Positions 39,058 to 49,144 of a DNA stretch of 64,000 nt are shown here, piece after piece. A model generated the notes under the pieces. That model had not been told where the DNA came from. It did not search any database and saw only the letters and a list, made by a program, of their open reading frames with translations. The position numbers and the translations under genes were made by a program. This DNA is from an uncultured Candidatus Saccharibacteria bacterium (GTDB taxonomy: Bacteria > Patescibacteriota > Minisyncoccia > Phycocordibacterales > JACOZG01). Numbering within the stretch: position 1 is the first letter of the stretch; each line of letters opens with the position of its first letter. The stretch lies in contig CAZYLF010000001.1 in assembly GCA_964648765.1 (NCBI GenBank), positions 293,797 through 357,796 on the forward strand, given 5' to 3'.

Positions 39058-40224
39058 TCATAAACTTAAATTTCCATCAGCTTTGAAGTTTTTGGGCAGG
39101 CGGGTTTTGGTTTGGAGGTGGAGATAAGCGGCGGCGGCGATCATTGTGGCGTTGTCGGTAGAAAGTTCGCGAGTGGAGATTAATAAGTTAATGTCCGGAA
39201 ATTCGTTTTTAATCATTTCAGATGCCTGACGACCGAGTTCTTGATTGGCGGCCACGCCACCGGCGATGATTAGAGTTTTAGGTTTAAATTTGACAATCGC
39301 TTTGGCGGTTTTCTTAATCAAAACTTCCACGGCGGCTTGTTCAAACTCGTAAGCCATCATAATTTTCTCTTCATCAGTTAAAACGCCATCAGAATTGGCT
39401 GCTTTCAATTTATTTACTGCGTAAAGCACGGCAGTTTTAAGACCAGAATAAGAGAAGTTGAAATCCCCAGAGTGGAGCATGGGTCTCGGTAATTTAATTT
39501 CAGAAGTACCTTTAAAACTTTTTGCCAATTTAGAAATTTCTGGTCCGCCAGGGTAGGGGAGATCGAGCAGGCGTGCCGCTTTGTCGAAAGCCTCACCCAC
39601 CGCGTCATCTAAAGTTTGACCAATAATTTTATGTTTCAGCCAATCTTTAATTAGCACTAGTTCGGTGTGACCGCCAGACACGAGTAAAGCAAGAGCGGGG
39701 AATGTTAACCTCCTGCCATCTATAAGCACGGAATATATATGCCCCTCCATGTGGTTGATGGGGATGAGGGGTTTACCCCACGCCAATGCCAAAGCTTTTG
39801 CAAAATTAATGCCCACCCACAGCGCGGGCTCAAGCCCCGGTCCACGTGTCACAGCGACAGCATCAATCTTTGGCACACCGTTACTTTTTATAAATTCCAA
39901 AAACGGCGCAATTAATTCTGTTTCTCTTTCTAAAATTTTTTTAATTTTGGATTCAGGGATATTTTTTGACCCGCTTGACTGTCGGGCAGGCTTACCGCTT
40001 TTTACTTTGGACTTTTCAATTGCTTCCTTCAACACTGGCACCAAATTTATCTGATGCTCTCTGCGGGCTAAATTTGGCACCACGCCGCCCCATTTGGCAT
40101 GGAGTTCAATCTGTGAGGCCACCACATGCGAGAGCACATTAAAAACGGGTTTTCGGGCACCCTTGCAGTCCACTATACTTATCGCTGTTTCATCACAGCT
40201 CGTCTCAATTGCGAGAATTTTCAT
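39058..40224 (-). CDS. tsaD: tRNA threonylcarbamoyladenosine biosynthesis protein TsaD
   Basis: ILAIETSCDET, NHMEGH, VSGGHT, GEAFDK and DNATMIA motifs. Confidence 0.97.
   Translation of the reverse strand: MKILAIETSCDETAISIVDCKGARKPVFNVLSHVVASQIELHAKWGGVVPNLARREHQINLVPVLKEAIEKSKVKSGKPARQSSGSKNIPESKIKKILERETELIAPFLEFIKSNGVPKIDAVAVTRGPGLEPALWVGINFAKALALAWGKPLIPINHMEGHIYSVLIDGRRLTFPALALLVSGGHTELVLIKDWLKHKIIGQTLDDAVGEAFDKAARLLDLPYPGGPEISKLAKSFKGTSEIKLPRPMLHSGDFNFSYSGLKTAVLYAVNKLKAANSDGVLTDEEKIMMAYEFEQAAVEVLIKKTAKAIVKFKPKTLIIAGGVAANQELGRQASEMIKNEFPDINLLISTRELSTDNATMIAAAAYLHLQTKTRLPKNFKADGNLSL
39969..39993 (-). repeat. Short palindromic element inside tsaD
   Basis: AAGCCTGCCCGACAGTCAAGCGGGT (minus strand) matches 52791-52815 at 23/25. 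Confidence 0.7.
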
Positions 40225-40250
40225 GTTCACAAACTAGCACATTATTTCGG

Positions 40251-40323
40251 TGGGCGGTATAGGATTTGAACCTATGACCTTCTCGACGTCAACGAGACGC
40301 TCTACCAACTGAGCTAACCGCCC
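40251..40323 (-). tRNA. tRNA-Val(GAC)
   Basis: Minus strand: GGGCGGT acceptor, TCTCG-TTGACGT-CGAGA anticodon arm, GTTCAAATC. Confidence 0.95.
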
Positions 40324-40327
40324 CTTC

Positions 40328-40417
40328 TGGCGGAGAGGGTGGGATTTGAACCCACGATCCACTTTCGCGGATGCCGGTTTTCGAAACCGGTGCCTTCAAC
40401 CACTCAGCCACCTCTCC
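40328..40417 (-). tRNA. tRNA-Ser(CGA)
   Basis: Minus strand: GGAGAGG acceptor, TTCGAAA loop, long variable arm, encoded CCA. Confidence 0.95.
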
Positions 40418-40528
40418 TCTCCGTTTTTTTAGCCTAACATTTTTTACTAAGATTTTCAAAAAATTTAATAACCAAAAATCACCCCGACTTTGGTTGAGGT
40501 GATTTTTGATCTGACGGTAAAGCTATAT

Positions 40529-40603
40529 CTATTTTCCACACTCACAGCTAGTGCAAGTACAACCGTCTTCCTTCTTCTCGTGTTTACATGTTTCGCAGGT
40601 CAT
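40529..40603 (-). CDS. Putative metallothionein-like micropeptide (24 aa; not in ORF track)
   Basis: MTCETCKHEKKEDGCTCTSCECGK; followed by terminator-like hairpin 40473-40508. Confidence 0.55.
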   Translation of the reverse strand: MTCETCKHEKKEDGCTCTSCECGK

Positions 40604-40730
40604 AAAATATTTATCAGAATTAAAATCTAATAATTTTCGACCTTCCCACTACCCATTCATTATCCTCCTATCAAGTTTTTAAACAAGTTGCGAAAGGCAC
40701 ATTATATGTTAAAGTTTTCTGGCCACTCAT

Positions 40731-40802
40731 GGCCCTATCGTCTAACGGTTAGGACGCCGGCTTTTCAAGCCGTTAATCCGGGTTCGATTCCCGGTAGGGT
40801 CA
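40731..40802 (+). tRNA. tRNA-Glu(TTC)
   Basis: GGCCCTA/TAGGGTC acceptor, CGGC-TTTTCAA-GCCG anticodon arm, GTTCGATTC. Confidence 0.93.
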
Positions 40803-40889
40803 AAAAAACGAACTATTGATTTAATAAGCTAGATGATGTAGTGTGCTTTTTGGATAAGGACAAATTAAAATTTGAAAGGAGGGTGAACC

Positions 40890-41522
40890 TTGAAAGAGAT
40901 TGAAGGGTTCGGTCTTAACCCTCTAACGATTAGTTTCGTTGGAGTGATGTTTTTTGGAACCGTCGGAGCTCTATCACTTTTACATCAATCCCGACTTATC
41001 AAAAAAAGTCAGTCGGGGCAGTCAGTGTCTACCCCTTGGTACATGATGGTGTTTTCTACTAGTGCTATTTTATTGATCTATGGTTGGCATAGAGATAATT
41101 TGGCTCTGATCCTGCTCTTTTTTCTCCGCGCACCTTTCACCTTTCTGATTCTGAAAGGGTTACTAAAAGTAAAAGGTTTTAGCTGGGGAGAATGGGCGAT
41201 GGCCTTAGTCTTGGGTGCAGCGGTGGTCTGGATGCCTTTCTCCAATGAAAAGGAGCTCATCTACCTAGTATTTACTGCCACTGGAGTGGTGATGGCTATT
41301 TTTCCACCACACAAAATCTGGTCTGAACAAAGCCGCGGAATGGTCTCTAAGTGGCCAGCTCTGACTAGTTTTGGCAGCGCCATCTTTTGGACTTTTTACG
41401 GTTTGATGGTGGAGAATGAGCTGATCTGGCGCACTTCAGCTTGCCACATCGTTCTGAATTTTATCATGGTATTGGCGTGGTACATTTACCCCGCCAAATA
41501 TCAAAACGCCCCGATCGCCTAG
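40890..41522 (+). CDS. PQ-loop/SWEET-like membrane protein (two repeats)
   Basis: About 7 TM; Q...I.K.QSGQSVS and PPHKIW.EQSRGMVS repeats; AAGGAGG SD. Confidence 0.65.
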   Translation: MKEIEGFGLNPLTISFVGVMFFGTVGALSLLHQSRLIKKSQSGQSVSTPWYMMVFSTSAILLIYGWHRDNLALILLFFLRAPFTFLILKGLLKVKGFSWGEWAMALVLGAAVVWMPFSNEKELIYLVFTATGVVMAIFPPHKIWSEQSRGMVSKWPALTSFGSAIFWTFYGLMVENELIWRTSACHIVLNFIMVLAWYIYPAKYQNAPIA

Positions 41523-41545
41523 CGCACGGGGCGTTTTTTTATATT

Positions 41546-44500
41546 CTACTGATTTGAGATTAGGCGATTGACAATTTTTCTTGTTGCAGAACCAAAGTAA
41601 CCTGTGGCTTCTGTGAGACCGAGCGGGGTTAAGATCTCAGCTCGGTGAGCCTCTTGGAACTTCTTAAGTGCAATTTCAGTTAGATCTCCAAAAATCGTGG
41701 TTTCATTACCAGGTGAACCTGGACCAGTGCTAGCTATTACGAAACCATTATTATTTAAGAACTTTTGCAGTTCTTTAACCTGGGGGTGGACCATGTCTAA
41801 TTTCAGATCCACGGTGAAGGCAAAATTATCACTCAAGGCACCTTGGGATTGCGAAGTAGATTGCTTTAAAATCTCAACCTGAGACTTTAGTTCAGTAATT
41901 AGTTTAATAATAGTGTTTTCTAACACTTGTTTAACTTTATTTGTAGTTACTTCTTGAGCTTCCCCGGTAGTCTGAGCAGACTCAATAATCACTTGTACCG
42001 CATTTAAAGTGTTCTGAATAATTGTACTAACTTGAGTGGGAGTGTTGCTACCTCCGGAATTATTTTCTGAAGTAGTGGTCGTTTCGGTATTTGAATCAGT
42101 CTCTTCCTCCTCGTCTTCATCATCGTTGTTATTGTTTCCTCCGCCTCCACCGCCGCCACCTGAATCGTCATCATCGTCGTCGGAATCATCCACCCCGTCA
42201 GTATCAATTACTAGAGCTTTATTTGCTGCTAATCCAGTTGCAGGTACAAAGTCAGACATGGCGTTAGCCGATTGGTCAGCGATTGTGCCGCTGATTGTAG
42301 CTTCCAAATCAGCTGAAGTGTCACCAGCTTGCACGGTGTAATCACATGTGCCCGTAGTTGAGTTGGAGACAGTGAAGGTGCATGTTCTATCAGTGGCACC
42401 AGTTTCAAGAGTTACTGTGACGTTACCTGTGGAAGTAACAGCTTCAGAGAAGGTGACATCAATATCAATTACTTCTCCAACATCATAAGTTCCATTGGTC
42501 TTGCTGGAGGAGACGCTCGAGATGGTCGGTACGCCTACATCGGCGGTGGTAAAGCTCCAGCTGGTGGTGTTAGCGATGCCCGCGTAGCTGTTGAGCGCCA
42601 CGTCGCGGAAAGCTGTGCTGGCCACTTGAACATAATAACCAGTTAAACTGCCGAGAGTTACTGATGGATTAATAGTAAAGGAGTTTGAACCAGAATCAGT
42701 GACCTGACTACCCGCCACATCAATAGTTTCAACGGTTGAATCATTGGAAGCTAACTTAATTAGAATATTGCCGGTGCTGGTGGAAACGGCCGTGTCAAAG
42801 GTGATTACAAGGTTGGCCGTAACAGAGACACCTGTGGCGTTATCGGCCGGCGAGAGGGTGCTCACCGTCGGCGCGGTGGTATCAATTACTAGAGCTTTGC
42901 TGGCTGCCAGATTGGTGCTTGGCACAAAGTTGCTCATCGCGTTAGCAGATTGATCAGCGATTGTTCCACTGATTGTGGCTTCCAAATCGGCAGAAGTGTC
43001 ACCAGCTTGCACTGTATAGTCGCAGGTGCCCGTAGTTGAGTTGGAGACAGTGAAGGTGCAAGTGCGGTCAGTGGCCCCAGTTTCTAAAGTCACTGTGACG
43101 TTGCCTGTGGAAGTAACAGCTTCAGAGAATGTAACGTCGATGTCAATAACTTCTCCAACGGTGTATGAGCCGTTAGTTTTGCTGGACGAGACGGTCGAAA
43201 TGGTGGGGGCAGAAGCATCAACATTTACGCCAAAAGCGTGGCTATTACCGGAGTGGGTGATTAGGCCAGTGGTGGCGTCTGTGGAGGAGGCTTTGAGGAG
43301 GTAACTTCCATTTGAGATTCCGGTGAAGGTGTGACGAACCGTGTAGGCATTAGTGCGATAACGAGCAAAATAATCAGCTTCGCCGAAAATATAGAGATAG
43401 TCGCCAGTGTTATCGAAAGTTAGGCCTTCAGCTTGGTCTGTCGCTCCTACGGGGACGCTATTTAAATAATCTCCCGTATCACCTGAAGTGTTGCCATCTC
43501 CATCACTGTCAACGAATGCACAAGTAGAAGTACTGGTAATGTTGACCGGAACAATTCGGCTACTATTATCAGAGAGGACGAACAAGATGCCGTTATTGTT
43601 GTAATAAAGATCTGAAAAGTCAGTGGCAATAGAAGTGAAGTCTAAATTAGCGCAAATCTGTACTGCTGTACCGCCAAGTGAAGGATACTCATAAAGAGTG
43701 GCGGAGGCGCTTTCTTCAGCTAAATAGAATACACCAGAACTTGAATTGTAAGCGATACCTTCAAGACCTGTGTTTGCTCCGTGGGCAATGCCCGTAGAAT
43801 ATGCATCACTGTTAGTGACCGTTACCGAACCAGTGGATGGAATTATAACTTTGAAGACTCTGCCATTTGCCTGAACGTCTTCTGTTGATAATACAAACGT
43901 GTGATCAAAAACTCCAGGAGCGGTGGAAGAGGCAAGGCTTGAGACTAGAGTAATCCCCTCGATATCGCCGCAACTTGTGCAGGTAATTGTCCGTACTACT
44001 GCTCCGGTAGTAGATGCAATTTCAGTAATACTTGTAGTATTCCCCGCTGATGTGTTATGAGGAATAAAAATCGTGCCAGTGGTAGGAACATAAATTGAAC
44101 CGGAGGTGTTAGCGGTTAAACTTAAGTCTAGATTTGAAATAGTGTTAGTGTAATGAGTGAGATTATAGTCACCATAACGAGTAGTGGTGCTTACCTGACT
44201 TGAAACTGCGCCGGCTGGTGTGGTGACAAATAAATTCCAAGCGGTGGAGGTGGCGGTAGTTTGAATGGTGGATGAAGCGTAAACCGTGACCGACGATGAA
44301 GTGGTGGTGGAATTAGCTGAAGGTGATGGAGTGATGAAAGAAATGTAGGTCCCGATACCAATGGCTTTGTTTGCTGCCAAGTTGGTGGAAGGCGCAAAGT
44401 TGGTTATCGGGTTGGCAGTTTGATCTTCAATATAACCACTAATAGTAGAGACGGTGAGGTCAGTGGTTACGTCACCGGCTTGCACAGTGTAGTTGCAACT

Positions 44501-45751
44501 AGCGGTAGAGGAGTTGGAAATGGAGGCAATACTGCAAGTGCGGTCGGTGGTGCCAGTTTCTAACGTGACTGTAATAGATGTGGTGGCAGTGACCGCTTCA
44601 GAAAAGGTGATATCGATATCAATTATTTCACCCGCGCCATAAAAGCCGTTAGTTTTATCTGAAGACACGCTAGAAATGGTCGGAGCAGAGTCAGCTTCGT
44701 TATCAGTGATCGTTACATTCACATCATCAACGGTTATGACGTTGTAGTTGGGGTCAGAGCTTGAAGTGGTGTGCGAGATGGAGGTCTCGTGCTCACCTTC
44801 AGCGTCTTCGTCATCAACCGCAGTGATTGTGACAGTTTGCGGAGTGAACCAGTTGCTTGAGGTAAAGGTAAGAGAATCAGGGCTGGTGCCAGCCTCGGCG
44901 GATTCTGTGACGGTGACAGTGACATCAGCCGTGGGTGCGGTTTTTAATACTACAGTGTAAGTGTCAGTGGCTCCGCCTTCAGTAACATCAGCCGTAGTGG
45001 GGGAAACTGTAACCGCCGCCCCGGCCGTATAAATTTGCTTGACCTCCGTGGCCGTTAAAGATCGGTTATAAATTGCCACTTCGTCTATTACAGCGTTACC
45101 TCCTTCAGCTGTGGCTCCATTGATTGTGCCCACATATAGATTACCGGGGAGAGTGTATGAAGAAATAGTGGTTGTTCCTTGATGAACGCCATTTACATAC
45201 ATTGCGGCGTTTGTACCCTCTGTTAGTAGCACCAAATGATACCATCGGTGTGGTTGTACTGTGCCTGCTGTGGCGGCATTAACCTCTGCGGCACCTCCAA
45301 TTCTATAATTCCATTGTCCGGTGGTTGAGCGACACCTAATGTAGAAGCGGGTGTTTTGTCCAGACACTCCGTGGCCAAAAATGTGGCGATCAGTACTACA
45401 AGTGCCTTGGTTGTTTACCCACAAACTTACAGAGATGGCTGAGGCTGTTGGGTCGATTCCGGAACCGTAACCCGTTGTGACGTAATCGTCCGCAGTGTCA
45501 AACAACACACCATAGCCGCCAAATGGGGATGTTGTGGTGGCATAGTAAGCCGCGTTGCCACTCAAAGCACTATCGTAAGTGTTACCACCTGTACCAGTGT
45601 TCTCAATTGCCCCAGTACCTTCCTCAAAAGAGTAACGGATTAACTCATCACCAAAAGGATAGGCGGCGTGGGCAGTGGAATTAGTTGATAAAAATAAGCT
45701 AGTAAAAATTAAACCAAACGAAATTTTGGTGAAAAAGCTAAAGGTACTCAT
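41546..45751 (-). CDS. 1401 aa secreted/surface protein (LamG-like, Ig-like repeats, SdiA-regulated-like propeller, acidic/Gly linker, PG-binding-like C-terminus)
   Basis: Signal peptide; WYHLV...YVNG...IDEVAIYNRSL LamG motif; EGI(T/A) propeller motifs; VKELQKFLN...PGSPGNET..FG..T..AL.KFQ. Confidence 0.85.
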   Translation of the reverse strand: MSTFSFFTKISFGLIFTSLFLSTNSTAHAAYPFGDELIRYSFEEGTGAIENTGTGGNTYDSALSGNAAYYATTTSPFGGYGVLFDTADDYVTTGYGSGIDPTASAISVSLWVNNQGTCSTDRHIFGHGVSGQNTRFYIRCRSTTGQWNYRIGGAAEVNAATAGTVQPHRWYHLVLLTEGTNAAMYVNGVHQGTTTISSYTLPGNLYVGTINGATAEGGNAVIDEVAIYNRSLTATEVKQIYTAGAAVTVSPTTADVTEGGATDTYTVVLKTAPTADVTVTVTESAEAGTSPDSLTFTSSNWFTPQTVTITAVDDEDAEGEHETSISHTTSSSDPNYNVITVDDVNVTITDNEADSAPTISSVSSDKTNGFYGAGEIIDIDITFSEAVTATTSITVTLETGTTDRTCSIASISNSSTASCNYTVQAGDVTTDLTVSTISGYIEDQTANPITNFAPSTNLAANKAIGIGTYISFITPSPSANSTTTSSSVTVYASSTIQTTATSTAWNLFVTTPAGAVSSQVSTTTRYGDYNLTHYTNTISNLDLSLTANTSGSIYVPTTGTIFIPHNTSAGNTTSITEIASTTGAVVRTITCTSCGDIEGITLVSSLASSTAPGVFDHTFVLSTEDVQANGRVFKVIIPSTGSVTVTNSDAYSTGIAHGANTGLEGIAYNSSSGVFYLAEESASATLYEYPSLGGTAVQICANLDFTSIATDFSDLYYNNNGILFVLSDNSSRIVPVNITSTSTCAFVDSDGDGNTSGDTGDYLNSVPVGATDQAEGLTFDNTGDYLYIFGEADYFARYRTNAYTVRHTFTGISNGSYLLKASSTDATTGLITHSGNSHAFGVNVDASAPTISTVSSSKTNGSYTVGEVIDIDVTFSEAVTSTGNVTVTLETGATDRTCTFTVSNSTTGTCDYTVQAGDTSADLEATISGTIADQSANAMSNFVPSTNLAASKALVIDTTAPTVSTLSPADNATGVSVTANLVITFDTAVSTSTGNILIKLASNDSTVETIDVAGSQVTDSGSNSFTINPSVTLGSLTGYYVQVASTAFRDVALNSYAGIANTTSWSFTTADVGVPTISSVSSSKTNGTYDVGEVIDIDVTFSEAVTSTGNVTVTLETGATDRTCTFTVSNSTTGTCDYTVQAGDTSADLEATISGTIADQSANAMSDFVPATGLAANKALVIDTDGVDDSDDDDDDSGGGGGGGGNNNNDDEDEEEETDSNTETTTTSENNSGGSNTPTQVSTIIQNTLNAVQVIIESAQTTGEAQEVTTNKVKQVLENTIIKLITELKSQVEILKQSTSQSQGALSDNFAFTVDLKLDMVHPQVKELQKFLNNNGFVIASTGPGSPGNETTIFGDLTEIALKKFQEAHRAEILTPLGLTEATGYFGSATRKIVNRLISNQ
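42200..44690 (-). repeat. Three copies of a ~105 aa Ig-like domain (approx. 42200-42530, 42880-43205, 44360-44690)
   Basis: Repeated PTIS.VSS.KTNG.Y..GE.IDID.TFSEAVT...ETG.TDRTC...C.YTVQAGD; two copies are near-identical in DNA. Confidence 0.85.
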
Positions 45752-45765
45752 CTATATAATTTAAC

Positions 45766-46218
45766 TTAAACTACTTCTGATTGCGAACTTTTTCTCCACA
45801 AAATTGCTTGACCTAAAATAAAAATAAGGGTTGAGGTGAGGGCAGAGAAGAGGCAATAAATGCAAAGACTTTTGATAACAAAAATTTGGAGGTAGAGGAA
45901 GTAAAGTGACGTCAAAAATCCAAGCCACGTGGCGCGCGCGGTGAAGGTGAGAATTTTTGTGTTGACAGAGTTGTTTAGATAGGCAAAAATTCCAAAAAAG
46001 ATTGCTAAGTAATAGAGCGCACCAAAGAGCGCCACCGGGATACCAAAAAAGTTGTTGTAATCACTGGTGAGCACCGCCTCGCAACCCTCGGTAAGTGTGC
46101 AAGGGGGGATGACTTCTTGATAGTGTTTTACGGTGAGATATGTAGCGTCGAGGAAGCCAATAAACGCGATTATCAAAATCGCGAATATTAATTTTTTATT
46201 GAGCAGTGCTGGTGGCAT
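45766..46218 (-). CDS. Vitamin K epoxide reductase (VKOR) family protein
   Basis: C....GCEAVLTS.Y..FFGIPVA and CIYC motifs. Confidence 0.92.
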   Translation of the reverse strand: MPPALLNKKLIFAILIIAFIGFLDATYLTVKHYQEVIPPCTLTEGCEAVLTSDYNNFFGIPVALFGALYYLAIFFGIFAYLNNSVNTKILTFTARATWLGFLTSLYFLYLQIFVIKSLCIYCLFSALTSTLIFILGQAILWRKSSQSEVV

Positions 46219-46996
46219 TGATGTTATCGCTTACGCTTCCAATTGCTTCAGCTAGGAGTTTCTTGAATTCTTCAAGACCACCAGGATTCCCAATTTTTTT
46301 GCCATTGAGATAAAAGGTAGGTGTGCCGGTGACTAAGAACTTTTCACCACTTGTGGTGTCGGCCTCCACTTGATCACGAGTGGCTTTAGAATCTCGATCA
46401 GTTTTAAATTTAGCCAAATCAAGTCCGAGGGTGGTGGCATACTCTTCAAAAACAGAGTCCACGTTTCTGCGCCCTTCCCATTTATCTTGATTATCAAAAA
46501 TCATATCAACCATTTCCCAAAACTTGCCTTGAGCCCCAGCAGCTTCAGCGGCGTAAGCGGCTGGCTTGGCGCCCAAATGTTGACCGAGTGGGAAGTGGCG
46601 ATAAACTAGTGCAAAATCCTTACCCATTTCATCTACCAATGACTTCACAATTGGTGCATATGCGCCACAAGCCGGACATTCAAGATCGCTGTATTCCACA
46701 AGTACTGTTTTGGCGAGGGGATTACCTCGTACCCAATCATCAGCGCTAATTTTAGTTAATTCCGTTTCAACTTTAGTTGGCTCATTTTTATCATCTCCAC
46801 CAGAGCGTGAGAGGGCCACAATGCCGTAAATTGAGGCTAAGATGAGCAAAATGGCAATTAACCATGGTCTGAGCTTGTTACCACCATTGCCACCACCTTG
46901 GGCCATTTGGCGAGCTAATTTCTCCTTTTGTCTGCGTAGTCGGCGCTCTTGCTTTTTACTCAAAACACCCTCCTGATTTTGGTTTAAGTTATCCAT
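46196..46996 (-). CDS. DsbA family thiol-disulfide oxidoreductase
   Basis: EYSDLECPAC, YRHFPL and GTPTF motifs; N-terminal TM. Confidence 0.92.
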   Translation of the reverse strand: MDNLNQNQEGVLSKKQERRLRRQKEKLARQMAQGGGNGGNKLRPWLIAILLILASIYGIVALSRSGGDDKNEPTKVETELTKISADDWVRGNPLAKTVLVEYSDLECPACGAYAPIVKSLVDEMGKDFALVYRHFPLGQHLGAKPAAYAAEAAGAQGKFWEMVDMIFDNQDKWEGRRNVDSVFEEYATTLGLDLAKFKTDRDSKATRDQVEADTTSGEKFLVTGTPTFYLNGKKIGNPGGLEEFKKLLAEAIGSVSDNINATSTAQ

Positions 46997-47006
46997 GTTT
47001 ATATTA

Positions 47007-47936
47007 CTACCTTAAATGTAAGTAAGAGTAAATATCTTCCACTGCCTTCACGGCGTCACCGGCGGCAATATTGTTTTGGTGATAAAGCGCGTCGGTGGCA
47101 TCACCAGCCGCCCACACGCCCTTCATGCTAGTTTGCTGATTTTTAGGATTTGTAATTACTGAACCAATCGAGTTCATGTCTACTAAACCTTTCACATAAT
47201 CGGTGCTTGGTACCAAACCAATTTCCACAAAAATTCCTTCAACTTTTAATTCAATTTCTTTACTAGTTAATTTATCTTTATAAACTAAAGCATTCACAAA
47301 TTGATCGCCCTTAACTTGTGTGGGTTCAGCATTGGTGATTAATTTAACTTTAGGATTAGCTCGAACTTTCTCCACCGTAATGGCGTCGGCTTTAAATTCT
47401 TCGTTTTTATGAAGCAAAGTTACACTTTTAGCATAAGCAGCGAGTTGGGCGGCAGTTTCAAAGCCGGCATTACCACCGCCAATTACCACCACATCTTTAT
47501 CCGCAAAGAGCGGTCCATCACACGTGGCGCAATAGGTGAGACCTTTTTGATCAAACTCGGCGGCACCAGGCACAGCGAGTTTACGGCGTGAGGCGCCAGT
47601 AGCAATTAAAACTGTTTTGCCTTCAAATTTTTCTCCCTTTTTGGTTTCGGCCGCAAAGTTGCCATCAGAATTTTTTGTTACGGATTTTACAAATGCGCGA
47701 TCCAAAATGGTAAGGTCATCACCTTGGTAGGCAAACAAATGTTCTTTAAGACTTTTTGCCAAATCGTTACCGGAGATTGATTTAGTGCCAATCCAATTTT
47801 GGATTTCTGCTGAAACGCTCGATTGTCCACCAAAGTCGCTAGTTAAAAATAAAGTTTTTAATTTTTTACGCGCTGAATAAACTCCAGCAGCGACGCCAGC
47901 AGGCCCACCACCAATGATTATTAAATCGTAGAGCAT
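47007..47936 (-). CDS. trxB: Thioredoxin reductase / AhpF-like disulfide reductase
   Basis: GGGPAG, CATCDG, GGGNAG and AAGD motifs. Confidence 0.85.
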   Translation of the reverse strand: MLYDLIIIGGGPAGVAAGVYSARKKLKTLFLTSDFGGQSSVSAEIQNWIGTKSISGNDLAKSLKEHLFAYQGDDLTILDRAFVKSVTKNSDGNFAAETKKGEKFEGKTVLIATGASRRKLAVPGAAEFDQKGLTYCATCDGPLFADKDVVVIGGGNAGFETAAQLAAYAKSVTLLHKNEEFKADAITVEKVRANPKVKLITNAEPTQVKGDQFVNALVYKDKLTSKEIELKVEGIFVEIGLVPSTDYVKGLVDMNSIGSVITNPKNQQTSMKGVWAAGDATDALYHQNNIAAGDAVKAVEDIYSYLHLR

Positions 47937-49093
47937 TACTTGTTTTTAGGTCTGCGCAAGAAGGCGGGGATTGAGGACCAATCGTCCTCCTCTTCTTCAA
48001 GTGGCTTGGGAGTAAGTTTGGCGGAATCAACTTTTTTAGGAGTTTTAATTTCTACTGACTCAGTAGGGCGATCATCCTTTTGGGTAATTACTGAATTGGA
48101 GCCATGATCAAGATCGGGGGTAGCTTTCTTTTTATTACTATCGAGGAATCCGGAAGCAATAACGGTAATTTTAACTTCATTCTTATTAAGTTTTTCATCA
48201 TGAATCGCACCAAAAATAATTTTAGCGTTAGGGTCAATTGATTCAATAATAACTTTAGCGGCTTCTTGGATCTCGAGCATCCCGAGATCTTTATCACCAG
48301 CAATAGAGAAGAGCACGCCCTTAGCACCTTCAATAGAGATGTCGAGGAGCGGAGAGTTGATAGCGGCTTTGGCGGCTTCCACCGCGCGATTCTCACCCGA
48401 GGCGCGACCGATACCCATAAGCGCGGAACCAGTATTCGACATCACGGCCTTAATGTCGGCGAAGTCAACGTTGATGATACCTGGGGTAGTAATTAAATCA
48501 GAGATGCCCTCCACGGCTTGGCGGAGTACTTCATCACACATGGCAAACGCGCTTTGGCAGGTGGTGTTTTTATCAATAATTCCGAGCATACGATCGTTAG
48601 GGATCATGATGATGGAGTCCACCTCACGGCGCAATTCATCAATACCTTTTTCGGCTAATTGCATGCGTTGATTGCCTTCAAAAAAGAATGGTTTAGTAAC
48701 CACAGCCACAGTTAGAATGCCTTGCTCTTTAGCAGTTTTAGCAATTACGGGCGCGGCGCCAGTGCAGGTGCCACCACCCATTCCGCCAGCAATAAAAATC
48801 ATATCAGCACCTTTAATAACTTCTTGGATTTCCTCGATACTTTCGTTAGCGGCGTTGCGTCCGAGTTCTGGATTCATGCCAGTGCCTAAACCGCGAGTAA
48901 GATTTTTGCCGATGTGGATCTTCTTTTTTGCGAGTGAGTGATGGAGATCTTGAGCGTCGGTGTTTACCGCCACAAACTCCACGCTTTTAACATTAGAGCG
49001 GATCATGTGGTTAACGGCGTTCTTACCTGAACCGCCAACACCAATTACCTTAATCCGAGCAAAAGTTTCAATTTCTGGGCTAACTTTAGGCAT
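47936..49093 (-). CDS. ftsZ: Cell division protein FtsZ
   Basis: IKVIGVGG, GMGGGTCTG, NVDFAD and C-terminal IPAFLR motifs. Confidence 0.98.
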   Translation of the reverse strand: MPKVSPEIETFARIKVIGVGGSGKNAVNHMIRSNVKSVEFVAVNTDAQDLHHSLAKKKIHIGKNLTRGLGTGMNPELGRNAANESIEEIQEVIKGADMIFIAGGMGGGTCTGAAPVIAKTAKEQGILTVAVVTKPFFFEGNQRMQLAEKGIDELRREVDSIIMIPNDRMLGIIDKNTTCQSAFAMCDEVLRQAVEGISDLITTPGIINVDFADIKAVMSNTGSALMGIGRASGENRAVEAAKAAINSPLLDISIEGAKGVLFSIAGDKDLGMLEIQEAAKVIIESIDPNAKIIFGAIHDEKLNKNEVKITVIASGFLDSNKKKATPDLDHGSNSVITQKDDRPTESVEIKTPKKVDSAKLTPKPLEEEEDDWSSIPAFLRRPKNK

Positions 49094-49144
49094 GTATAGC
49101 CTCAAGATTATCAGTTAAAAAAACAAAAAGCAAATAGGGGATTA

